From: Antechinus flavipes
Taxonomy: Eukaryota
Reading direction: 5' to 3'
Assembly: GCF_016432865.1 (NCBI RefSeq)
Contig: NC_067403.1
Span: forward strand, 254,820,001-254,884,000
DNA: 64,000 nucleotides
In this document: positions 1 through 12,500 of the stretch, piece after piece
Layout of the letters: every line of letters begins with the position of its first letter
Position numbering within the stretch: the stretch's first letter is position 1
Made by a program: the position numbers and the translations under genes
Notes under the pieces: generated by a model
What the model saw: only the letters and a program-made list of their open reading frames with translations
What the model was told of the DNA's origin: nothing
The model's database searches: none

Positions 1-140
1 CCTTCTCCTGCTCATGTTGCAGATGAGGAAACTGAGGCAGGCGAGGGGGGGTGACCTGCCCGGAGCCCCCGAGCCAGGAAGTGTCTGAGGCAGGGTTCGA
101 GCCCGGGCCTCCCCGCCTCTAACCACTGCTCCACAATGCC
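1..140 (-). mobile_element. MIR/CORE-SINE fragment
   Basis: Core cagatgaggaaactgaggc followed by gtgacctgccc...gagcccggg. Confidence 0.7.
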
Positions 141-299
141 CTCCCGTGCTCGCTCCCGGAGCCTCCCGTCCCCGGCAGCTGCAGCCTCTCCCCCTGATAA
201 TTAATCAAGGCTGCCACAGCTCGGTCACCAGCGGTAAAGTCTGGCCCGTTACGGCAAACGGAGCTGCCAAGAGGAAGAAGCTGCTGGACAGACAGGGGG

Positions 300-500
300 A
301 CGGATGGATGGGCGGGGAAGGGAGGGGGATGGGGAGGGGAGGGAGGAGGGGGATGGGGAGGGAGAGGGAGGGGGATGAGAGGGAGAGAGAGGGGGATGGG
401 CAGGGGAGGGAGAGGGAGATGGGTGGAGATAAAGATAAAGAGAGAGAAAAGAAGAGGGGAGAAGGGGGGATGGATGGAGAGATGGAGAGAGAAATGGGGA
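300..500. repeat. GA/GGA-rich low-complexity tract
   Basis: Near-pure purine run on the + strand. Confidence 0.8.
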
Positions 501-2649
501 CGGCAGGATGGAGGGACAGACGGGGGGACGGACACGCGGCCGGGACGGGGGCTCTGACCCTCCTGGGGAGGGGCCCGGCCCCTCGGGAAGGGCTGAGCCC
601 CGGCAGGTGAACGAGAGCCCTGCAGCCGCCTCCGAGGCACGGTCCGCAGCCAGGCCGTCGGCCCTTCCCCAGCCTCCTCTGCCCGCCCGGTCCCCTGGGC
701 ACGTCCCCTCCCTTCAGAAAGGCAGCAAAGCCAGACACGGCCCAGCCTCGCCCTGCCCGGAACGGGCAAACGAGGCTGTTTCGTCTTGAATTACAGGCCC
801 AGGGAGGGGAGGCTGATGTCACCCTTACCGCCCAGGAGGGAGGGGGGGCTCCCAAATCTCAGCCCCTGCCAAGCCAGTCCTTGCAGTGGGAACCACGCGG
901 CAAGAGCTCTGCAGGCGCCAGCCTGTTGGGCCTTAGGAGGAAAGGACCACAAGCATGACCATCCCCACTTTTCAGATTGAGAAACTGAGGCTCAGCGCAG
1001 TGACCCTGGGCCTTCAGGGACGAGGATGAGGCACACAGTAGGCGCTCCATAAATGCTTCCTCCCTGCCCTTCGCCAGCCTGCACGGCAGAGGGCACTTCC
1101 TCATCTGGGACCCCCCAGACCCCGGGCGGCCAGCGCATGGACTGCGTCTGCAGACGGCCTCTCTCCCGACAGAGCTCAAGCCGGAAGGCAGGGACCGCAT
1201 CCTCGGTGTCTCGATGCCCCCGTGGTGGGCACAGCGCCTGGCACAAAGGGGGCCTGCTCCCTCCTGCTGAGGGGGTGAGAAGCTCACTGCCAGCAGGCTC
1301 CCAGCAGCCACCCCTCACATGCAGCGCCCACGAGCGTGCCCAGAATGATGCCCGGGGAGGGGGCAGGGAGGGGCCTCGGCCCACATCACCTCCGGAAGGA
1401 CCCGCCTGACGTTGCCAGAGGCGGGCCCGGCCCCTTGGCACACGCTCAGTCTGGTTTTCTCCCATTAAGTGAAAACCAGAGATGCAGGCGGCAAAGGGAG
1501 AGCTCCGGTGGCCGAGGGAACGGGGCGGGCTGGGATCCGACCTCGGGGTGACTCTCGCTCCCAAAGGACCTTGGGGGCCCCGGGGGCCCCCTCGTTGTGG
1601 AGACAGCGGTAAAGTGACCTGTCCAAGGTCACCCGCGATACGGGCCGAGGCCAGGGTTCGAACCCAGCGCTCCCTTTCCACGGATAAAAGCAAAGCTCCT
1701 CTCCCCAGCGCACAGAGAACTTGGGCAGATCCCAGGTGGGAGGGGTCCCAGAGGCCCCCAGGGCTCTGTCCCGGCCTTCTCCTTCCCTCCCCCCATTATT
1801 TCGCCGGGTGATCTCATCAGCTCCCAGGGATTTAATTATGATCTCTCTGCTGCTGATTCTCAAATCCACTTATCTTCCATCTCGCCCGGCCTTGATGACA
1901 TCTGGAAATGGGCATCCCGGGGACGGCACAAACCGGGCACGCCCAGGATGGGCCTGGTTCTCCTCTCCCCTCCCCCTCCCCACGGGGCCAGCCCGACTCC
2001 GCTCCCTCACCCCCCATCCAACATGGCGCCGGGGCCCGGGGCTCTCGCTGCCCCCCCACACACACACCAGGCCCGGGAAGGAGCTTCTGTTTTTGTGACT
2101 CGAGTCCGTGCGTGACCTAAGCTACGGTAGATCCTTATTAAACATTTAGTGTTGCCCCGAATTAATGAGCTAATGGAACCCGTAAAGTGTGGAAGCCCAT
2201 TAGAGAGGCGCAGAAAAAGCACTCTGGGAAATTTCTGCCGTTAGCAGCGCGACGGCTTCCCGGCAGAAACGGCGGCCAAGGCCGAGAGCCGCCCCCGCGA
2301 GAGTCTGGGAAAACAAAAATGCCATTAAAAAGGGACGGCGAGGAGCCCCTCAAAGGAGGGTCAGGGTTTGGTAGGAAAACGGCTCCTTGAAGGCAGAGAG
2401 TCTGGTCTTTACCATTATATCCCCAGCCCCGGCGAGAGGGTGTGTGAGAGCGTCCGAGACGTGGCAGGAGTAAGTAAGTTCCTCAGTGAGCCACTGAGAA
2501 GGGAGAGGAGAAAGCAGATGTAGAGCAGGACCTGAAGGATCAGGCTCCGATGTTAGAGGAGACCGGGAGGGACTTGCCCAAGATCATGCGGCCCGGCAAT
2601 AAAATAGCCAGGGCTCAAAGCCATGTCTGCGTCTTCTGGCACCCAGCTG

Positions 2650-2790
2650 ATCCCCTCCGCCACGGGATCCCCCCCCTGCCACAGGATCCCCCTCCGCCAC
2701 GGGATCCCCCCCCGCCACAGGATCCCCCTCCGCCACGGGATCCCCCTCCGCCACAGGATCCCCCCCCGCCACAGGATCCCCCTCTGCCCC
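2650..2790. repeat. 18-bp minisatellite (cgccacRggatccccctc) x ~7
   Basis: Tandem units, each containing GGATCC. Confidence 0.9.
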
Positions 2791-3611
2791 GGGACGCCGC
2801 CTCCCTCAGGGGAAGGCCCACCTGTGCGAGGGGAGGCTCACACTCGTTCCCTTGTGGCCTGTGGCTGGCTGTGATTCACACACTCATCCCGACTACGTTG
2901 GGGAGGCAAGCACGGCAGCCAAACGCCCCGGAGCCCGAGGGTCGGGTCCCTCCGGCCTGGCCCGGCCCAGAGGCAGAAGCTCTGTCGGAGGAAGCTCAGC
3001 CAGTCGGCCCCAGATCTCCTCCAGATCTTCCTGCCGCCCTGTCCCTCAGCCTCCCCCGCCAACGCAGTGACGGGAAACGGGCCCGTCGTCCTCGTGCCCG
3101 CGAGCGGCTCTTTGGTGAGGGGGGCACCTGTCACCCAGGGGCCAAAAACTTCGGGACCAAAAGGCCAGGGTAAGGCAACAGACTCTGCCTCCCTCCCTCC
3201 TCCCTCTCCCTCTCCCTCCCTCCTCCCTCTCCCTCCTCTCTCTTTCTCCGTGTGTGTGAGTATGTCTCCTTCTGTCTCTGTCTCTCCCCCCCCTCACAGC
3301 CGTGCCCCAAGACTGTTATGGATCGGGGAGCTCATCGACGTGACTGTGCCCTCCGACAGCGCAGACGGAAATCCACAAGGCTCACACTCACACACTCACT
3401 CACACACGCGTGTGTCCTTGTCCTCCAGGAAGAGCGAGAGCACGCAGAGCTTTAGCCGCGCTGCGGCCCGGCCCGTGGCCTTCTTGTTTCCGGGGCAGAA
3501 GCCAGGACGCCGCCTCTCACTGGCACCCCCGCTTTGCTGACCAGTCGCTAACTCCGCCTCCCAAGCCCCTGCTGAGCCGGGACCCCCCGTTCTCTCAGCT
3601 GAGCCCAAGCA

Positions 3612-3734
3612 GGAGCTCCCTGACCCCCATCCTCCCCGCCCCGCTCGGGGGGAGCTCCCAGACCCCCATGCTCCCCGCCCCGCTCGGGGGGAGCTCCCAG
3701 ACCCCCATGCTCCCCGCCCCGCTCAGGGGGAGCT
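3612..3734. repeat. 39-bp tandem repeat x3
   Basis: ctccccgccccgctc recurs at 3632, 3671 and 3710. Confidence 0.9.
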
Positions 3735-6599
3735 GACAGAAGGGTGCTCGCTGGCCTTGTTAGTGGGGAGCATCAGAAAACAAATTCACACCGGCAGCGA
3801 CGGCTAAAACGGTTACGGGACGGCTCAGAGCAGAGCGCCGGCTCCGCCGCCTCCCCCTCCCTGCCCCTGCTCTCCCCACCCCCGCCACAACTGCTGCCCC
3901 CCCTGATCTGTGACCCCCCTCAGGCGGCCTCAGCTGCAGACGTCCCCTCCGTGCAGAGAGGGAGCCCCTCCCCGGGAGGCTGATTGCGCCTCCTCCTCCC
4001 AGCCCGGTTCAGACGCCTGAGAAGCAGCAAAGACAGGGCGGGGAACGAGAGGCTTGGGTTTGGGGGACGACGTCCAAGGGCGTTTCTCTGCCGCAGGCCC
4101 CGTTCAGGAACCTTCTAAAAGCTCCCCGGGGGCGGATCGAGGATCCCCGGGCCCAGCCAAAGCTCCCCCGGGGCCGAGCCGAGGCTCTCAGATCGAGGCT
4201 CTCGGGTCACACGGAACCGGCTCGGGAAGAGGAAGGGGAAACGGCACCGGAGCCCAGGCCCCGAGCCTCCCCTCCCCCTGCCTGCTGTGGGCCCGGAGGG
4301 GGCCGGACGAGGGCAGGGCCGGCCCAGGGTCCAAGCACCGGGCCCTGCCCACCACGAGCGCGTCCAAGCTGACCGCGGGGAGCGTCCGGAACAACATCCC
4401 CCTGAAACCTTCCTCCCTCAGCCAGTCGGCTCGGCCGCCTAATTTAATTAAGACGCGTGTTGGACGCCCCAGCGGTTGCGAGCCGTGTCCAGCACAGATG
4501 GCGGGAGCCCACAATGACTCCTTCGGGAGACCACGGCCTTCTGGAGGAGGGGGAGGGGCGACAGGAAGCGAGGGTCTCCACCCCAGAAACTCTCCAGGGC
4601 CCCCATCCTGCGCCCGGGGATCTCCACACCTGTCCTCCCAGCTCCGGGCCTCCAGCCTCCACTTTGCCAGCTGTAAAATGGGAATATTCCTAGCACTTCT
4701 CTGAGGGACCGCGCTTGGCCCCCAGGAGGCGCTCTAAGTGCTCAGATAGACGGAACCACTTTCTGTGGGCAAAGGCCCCCATGCTCGGTCACGGGGCTGA
4801 GAACGCCCCCTGGGGACGGGGACGGGGACACATCCACTGAGGGAGGGGAGGCGGAGGGGAAGGGTCTCGGCACCGGCTCGGATGGGCCCCTGCCTGGCGG
4901 GTGAATGGCAGAGGGGAGAGGCCCCCATCTCCACCCCCTCCCCAGGGGGGGAAACTCACTGCGCCCCCCCCCCCCGAAGGGGGAGCACCCTGAGGGACGG
5001 CACCGCTCTGGAAGCGGGGGGGGGAGGGGGGAGGGAGACGCGGCTGGGCCGGCTGCAGAAGGACCCCGGAGCGGAAGAGTTGGGAGAGGCTGTGGGGGTT
5101 TCTGCGGACGGGGGCTGACGGACACAGCAGACCCGGAGGACGCGCTCATGGGCCACGAGGGGGACAGACAACGGATCCGGCCCCGTTCTGGCCACTGGGG
5201 AGGACTGCCTCGGCCGGGCCTTCCCAGGGACGCAGCAGCCTGGTCGGTGCCGTCCTCCCCGATTTCTCCGTCCTCCTCCTGTCTGTGGGAGCCTCGGAAA
5301 CGTGGGGGGGGGGGGAAGGTGCCGGGGGAGCCCTGCGGGGGGGGCGGGGTCTGGGGCGGCACCTGCTGCATCAGAGGCCCAGTTAGCGTATGAGGAAGTG
5401 ACGATTCCCACCATTCCCCGGGTCTTCCTCCCTGTGCCCCCTCCTCCCCATCCTCAGCACTGGGACCCACAGCAGAGGGACCAGCGGGCAGAGGACGTGG
5501 GGGCTGAGGGCTCTCGGCTTCCGCGGGCGGCCTGACTGTGCACCGGCCCTGACCCCTGCCCGTTTCCTCCTCTCCGCCCCCTCCCCCCCTTCAGTCCGTG
5601 CCCCGAGGCCCCGGGGGCTTCACGCGGCTCCTGCTGCAGCTTCCGCAGGAACTGGCCCAGACGGGCTTCACGCGGCCTCGTTACCTCCGACTTTTACTCG
5701 GCTAACAACCGGGCGGCTTCAGGCTGGGAGTTAGGCGCCCCCTGGTGGGGGCCGGCAGGGGGCTGACCCCGAGGCCGGGAGAGCCCCCACAGGGGCTCAG
5801 CCGCTCCCAGAGACGAGTCCTCGGCCACCGGCTGCCCCCAATCCCTGAGCTTTGTGCCCCCAAAGGCTCGCCCGGCTGGGCAGGAGGGAGACCTCAGAGA
5901 GGAACGAGCCAAGCGGCTGGAAATGCCTGGGGGGGCCAGACTCAGAGCTGGGGGGCAAAGTGAGGCGAGCCCGGAGCCCGCCAACAGGCCAAGGGGCAGC
6001 GTCCAGCCTCGCCTGGCACGGGGAAGGGCCCCGGCACAGGCCGCTGGGGGTGCCCCCCAATGTGGCTCTTCTGATGGCCCCGGCACAGGGCAGTGCCAGC
6101 CTCTGACCCCCCTCCTGGGGGCCTCACAGACCCCCAGCCAGTCAGTGGGCCCTGGCCTGCCCCCGCCCCGAGAGGACCGAAGCTGGGCCCTGGCCCCCCG
6201 GAGAGGCCCCGCTGGCACAGCCTCCCTGCCACGGGGCCAAGTTTAGCTCGAAGCTGGAGGGACGAGCAGAGCCCCCCGACGGGCAGAGCGACCAGGAAGC
6301 CCCCCGGGCACACCGGAGGCCCAGGCCAGCCCAGCTGCCCCGGCTCCTTCTCTGTCCCTCTGGGCCCCCACAGGGCCCCCTCTTCTGCCCCGCGCCCACG
6401 CCCGCCTCTGCGTGTGACCCCCGCCCCAGCCGCGCGGGGCTCAACACCGGGCCGAGCGAAGGGCCCACCGAGGGGGGCTCGGAGCCGGAGGAGGGGACCC
6501 CCAGGGAGGCCCCGGGAAGGAGCCGCCGGCTCTGCTTCTCACACGACGCCCCAACGCGCCCCTGACCCGGGCACGGGCCCCAAACGAGGCGGCACTCAC

Positions 6600-9500
6600 C
6601 CGCGTTCACGATGGCGTCCACCTCCAGCTTGGTGATGTCTCCCCGGAAGAGCGAGATTTTGTCATTCAGGGCCTTGTCCTTCTTGTACTGCGGCTCCTCC
6701 TCCTTGCCGGCCGCCCCTGAAAGGGTCACGGGAGCCTTGGCCGGGGGCTCGGGCCCTGCCCCGGGGGGCGCCTCCCCCTCCCCGGTGACCCAGCCCCAAG
6801 GCCACCCAGCGCTTACTGTGTCCGCGGTATTCGTGGTATTGCTTATTGTTAGTAATAATCATTGAAAGTAAACAATAAGCTCCTGGGACTGAAGGAGTGC
6901 CCGGCGTCCTGCGGGGACATCGAGGCGGCGGTGGGAGGGGCCGAGTCACAGTCCCCGGGACCCCCGAGCTGCGGCCCCTGGGGCCCCTCCTACCTTTCCC
7001 CACTTCCTTCCAGGTCGGGATCTTCTTCAGCTTGATAAAGTCTCGGCAGAAATAATGCTCCTCCCTCTGCTTGTCACTCAGGCCCTTCAGGAAAGCTGTG
7101 GGAGAAAGAATAAAAGGCTTCAGGCCTGTCCCAACCACTCTAGGAGTAGGGGCCCTCATGGTTCCCATTGCACAGATGAGGAAACTGAGGCACAGAACGG
7201 ACCCCCACGCAGGAAGTTCCTCCCTCAGACCGACCCCCGAGCCAGGGAGGGCCGGGGGGCTGGGCTGGGGGCACAGGGAGGGCCGGGGGCAGGGGGGCCG
7301 GGCTGGGGGCACAGGGAGGGCCAGGAAGCTCTGAAGGCCTCCATTCTGGGATTCTAGAAAATGGCACCGGGCCCTCAGCTCAGCAGGTGGGCAGAGATGG
7401 ACAAGATGGCGGTTCAATGGCACCACCTAGAGGCCGTTCTGGGGCCTGCATGCGCCTCCTGGGCCTGAGGAGTCCCTCCTTGTTAATTAGACAATTAAAC
7501 CAAAGTGAGACAAAGTGGAGGTGAAGGTGCCCCGGGGGCTCTTGTTTCACAGACAGGGAAACTGAGGCAAAGACAAAGGTCGGAGAGAAGGCCTGGAGCC
7601 CCCCAGGCCCGAGCCGGCCCCCGGTTTTTTAAGTTCAGTCCGACTTTCTGGGGCGTCTCCTTTTCCGTCTGATTCTTCGAGCCCAGCAAGACCCCCTCCC
7701 TCCCCCTTCCCTTCCCCCTCCCCAGGCCCCATGCGCATGGACTTCTCCACTTCCTTTGGGTAGACTAGGAGCTCCGGGTTTTCCTCAGTACCACCTTTGG
7801 GGGGGGGGGGAGACAAGTGCCAGGAGGTGGGAAATGTCTCGACTGGGCCAGTGCCCAGCAAGCCTCATGCACTTAAATGGGGTAAGTAAAGGGGGGCCCC
7901 AAACTGCCCCCGGCCAGCCCCGCTCCGGTTCTCTGCCCTGGGGAGGGGGGCCAGGAGCGGGGCTGCCTCTGAGCGTGGGGCCGAGGGACCCCCGGAGCCT
8001 TTCTCTGAGGCAGGGCCGTGCCCGGGCCCCTCGGCGGTCAGTGGCCCCCTCAGAGGGCTCGGGAGCCAGGCCAGGAGCGGGCTGGGAGCAGGACCAGGAG
8101 CGGGACCAGGAGTGGGGCCGGGAGCGGGGCCGGGAGCGGGGCTGGGGGACCCCCGGGGCCCTTCTCTGAGGCAGGGCCGTGCCCGGGCCCCTCGGCGGTC
8201 AGTGGCCCCCTCAGAATCAGGGCCGGGGATGCAGCGAAACAGAACCTGCCGCCAGAACAGTTACAGAAGCCCGTCCGCAGCCCCCCACTAACAATAACAA
8301 CCACAGCTGTCGCTGGGGGTTTCTCAGTCATGACCCCGTGTGGGATCACTCGGCTTCGCCCTTCGGCCCAGGGGCCCAGTGAGCCCCTGAGGCTGGGCTT
8401 TAACCCAGGAGCTCCAGGCTCCGCACTCGCTGCTGCCCTCAATATAATCGTTCTTGTTGGTCCCGATAGTGGCCGTAGTTATGTAATAAATCCTATAGTT
8501 CTACACTAACACAATAGTAGGAGGCTTTAAGGCTCAGAGAAGCCCCCTTAATGCTCACCCCTGCCAGATGGGGCTGGGCTCATTTTACAGGTGAGGAAAC
8601 TGAGGCTGAGGAGTCACCTGCACAATTTAAAAATGACGGTTTTACCTCCTCTAAGTGACTCAAAATTGTCTAATGGGTGAGAAACAGTAACAAAGGTGGC
8701 TGGAAGAGAAGGAGGCCGGAAATGTCCAAGAAAGCGGGAGAGGAAAGGCCAGGACAGAGACTCAGCAGGATCCGGCCTTAAAGCGCCTCCCACGGCCTCG
8801 CCGGGGGCGGAAACGGAGAAACCGCGATTTTTGAAATGAGAATTTTCTGGTGACAATAAAAGCCGTGTGGCCGAGAATGGGCAAAACCCGGCGGAATCAT
8901 TTCCCGCTCTCGCCGGGATTGGCTCGGAATCGGGAAAGGCGGAGCCGGCTGATTTTCAGACACAGGGAAAGACTGGAACTGATGAAGGGAGAGGCCGTCC
9001 ACGCTCGGAGAGAGAGAATGGGGAAACAAGCAGGGCGTGGTCTTACGGACACGCATGTGGATGTATGTGAGCGGGTCTAGTGCTATTTATACACACGCGT
9101 GTATTAAACCACACACGTGTACACACGAACATACACATAGATATAAGTGCGTATGAGCACAGAGGAGTGTGTTTGTAAGGATCCGTGTGTGTGTCTAGAT
9201 ACATGTATATACACGCGTACCTACACAGAGACAGATAGGGGATTATGACTATATGAGCATGGTTATTGATATCTATACGTGTGTATGTACATATACACAC
9301 ACAGATGAGCTCTATGAATATATATGAGCACGTTATTTGACATCTGTACACATACATGTATTAAAATATACATACATACAGGCAAACAAAACAGATATGA
9401 GGGTAGATGAATGCAGAGGAGTGTGTTTGTAAATATCTGTGCATGTGTATGAAGAAATACATATATACACATATACATACATACAGAGACTGATATAACG

Positions 9501-12500
9501 ATGTATTACTCTATGTTCCTTGATATCTGTATGAATACATACATGTATGAATACATATGTGTGTTTAGACATACACATGTGCAAATACAGATGAATGTAT
9601 ATGAATATATGTGCATGTTTATTGATGTATATACATACGTGTGTATTTAAAATACATATTATACACACAAACATGCAAAGATAGATGAGTACATATGAAT
9701 ACAGAGCAGTGTTTATAAATATCTGTGTGTGTCTAAATACATGTATATACACATGTACATACATACAGAGACTGATATAAATATATATGAATATATATAT
9801 GTTTGTTGATATCTGTACATGTGTATTTACATACATGTGTAAATACATACACATGTACAGATATCGATGAGTGTCTATGAATATATGTGAGTGTTTATTG
9901 ATGTGTGTTTTAATGATGTGATGATGTACTAAAAAATACATATAGACACACAAACATACAAAGAGATATGAGTGCATATGAATACAGAGTGTGTTGGTAA
10001 ATATGTGTGCACGTGTACGTCTAAATACATAGATATAGATACACATACATACATAGAGACAGATATAGATGTATATGAAGGCATGAGCATGTTTATTGAT
10101 CTCTACATGTGTGTATATAAACATATATGTATAGATACAGACGAGCATATATCAAAGTATATGCACATAGAAATGTACACACATATATGTACATGCAAAC
10201 ATTCAGAGACAGATTTAAGTGTATATGACACATGAGTATGTTTCTAGATATCTGTGCACGTGTAGGTATAAATACAGATCCATGTACAGCTCTAGATGAG
10301 CGCCTATGAATATAGATGAATGTTTCTTGATATCTGTAGATCTGCACGTGTTAAAATATCTACATAGATACCCGCCGACATGCACAGAGACAGATGGGCG
10401 TGCACGTGAATGCAGAGGAGTGTGTTGGTAAATATCTGTGCGTGTGCATACGTACATACGTAGATACACGTGTACATTCAGAGACAGATGAGTGCATACG
10501 AGTATGCGTATAGATCTGTACGTGTGTATGTATAAATATATATAAGTACAGATGTAGATGAGTGTTTGTGAATATATGTGAGCCTGTTTGTGACATCTGT
10601 AGATCTGCATGTATTAAAATGCACACATATACATGCACGTTCACACACACACAGATATGAGGGGATACGAGGGTGTTTGGAGCTTTCTGGCCTTATTCAT
10701 ACAGAGACAGACAGATATAAAACGAGCACAGTGATGGCCTTCTTAGGGAGGAGCAACAGGAAAGAGTCAAGTAAAAAGTGCACAGCAAAGAGCAAAAGAA
10801 AACCTACGGGAAGAAAATCTGGGCGACTTGGGAAGCACCGTGTGCGCTTAGTATATTTTCCTGGAATGGAAATTTGTTCTTTCAGAGGGAATTCTCAGTC
10901 CTCTCGTGTCCCGCTCTGCGCATATACTTTCCCCCCCTTTTCTTTCTCATTTTGGATTTTAATCCAAAACGAACAAGAAATTTGCTTGTGACTCGCTGGG
11001 GGTCACCCAGACAGGAGGGAGCTAAGAAGCAGGATGAGAACTCGGGTTTTCCCGTTTCCAAATCTAGCGTGCTGTTCATTCACGGCCTCTAGTAAAGACG
11101 GAGACGCTTACTCTAGGGTAAAGCCCCAGAGACGGTACTGATCTGCACTGGTGAAGAGACATCCTCGTGGGAGCTCAGTTTTCCTGGGCCTCAGTTTCCC
11201 CATCTGTACCCGCCCATCTCTAAGGTCCTATCAGTTCCATGAGTCTGTGACGACAGCCCCCCTGCGGAGGGAGCTTTCTAAAAAAGCCCCAAAGCTGCAA
11301 AAGCTTCCCACGGACCCCCACCCTCTGCCCCTTTTCTCATCCCCGCGAGCCCGGTGGAGGGGCCCGGCTGAAGTCCTGACCCTGTAAGCCGCGGCGCTGG
11401 CGCAGAGGGGCAGAATCTCACACCGGGTCAGGGGGTCTCAGAAATGAGAAAGGGAGGAGCCGGCCTAAAGTCCCGCAGGGCTGGAGGGTGGAGTTGGGAG
11501 AGAACGGGGTCTCCTGACTCAGCAGAAGCGGTGGGGCGTCCCCCAGGGGGGAGGGACAAAGAAAAGAGCACTGACCCCTGCACAGACCAGAGCCCCCGTG
11601 TAAGCCGAGGGGGACGCAGAAGGGAAGGCCCAGAGGGAGCACTGAGATCTGAACGGAGCACTGAGATCTAGACGGAGCACTGAGATCTGAACGGAGCATC
11701 GAGATCTAGACGGAGCACTGAGATCTTAATGGAGCACCGAGATCTGAACGGAGCACCGAGATCTAGACGGAGCACCGAGATCTGAACAGAGCACCGAGAT
11801 CTGAAAGGAGCACCGAGCGGATATGGAGTCGGACCTGGACTCGAATCCCCCTCTGAGTGACCGCTGGAAAGTCTTCAGGCTCCTCCCTCCAGCTCTGAAT
11901 GGAGACCACAGGAGCAGATTAACAGCCAATGACCCAGGTTCAGGAACACCAGGGGTGACTTCACACTGTTCCAAGGGCCGCGCCACCTTGGCCACCACTT
12001 GGACAGGGCCGGCCCTCTGCTGGTCCGGCCTTCGAGACCCCACGGTCCTCCCCACAGAACTGCCCTGAGGGAGGGCACCAAGCTGGGCAGCCAATGCCCC
12101 CTCTCCTCCCAAGGTGACTTGGGGACTGCAAGGCCTGAAGCCGGGACAACGTGGGGCAGTTCCCTTCCCCTTCCGCTCCCCGGGATTCTCGGCTTCTCCA
12201 TCTCTACAGGAGATGGACTGGACGGTCTCCAGGGCCCCAGCTCCGATGGTCCCGGATTTCATGGAGAAGGAAAGCGGCCAGGAGGATGCTCCTTGGTCAG
12301 GCAGCGAGGGCCCTTCTCTTTTCAGGGACCCCCAAGGCCCAAAGCCTCAGCCCCCAGGGCAGAGAGCCATGGACAAGGAGAGCCCTGTGCCCCCCTCTCT
12401 AGCCACAGAGGGCCCCGTGACCCATTTCCAGCCATGGGGGGCCCTGTGCTCCCCCTCTCTGATTGTGAGGTCCCTGTGCCCCCCCTCTGGCCACAAAGGG

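Noticed and set aside
1-6599. Nested FLRT1 coding exon expected in MACROD1 intron 3
   Set aside because: No LRR/FN3 open frame is present; FLRT1 should lie further left, outside the window.
9043-10650. C/I/Y/H-rich ORFs up to 271 aa
   Set aside because: Artefacts of the alternating purine-pyrimidine repeat.
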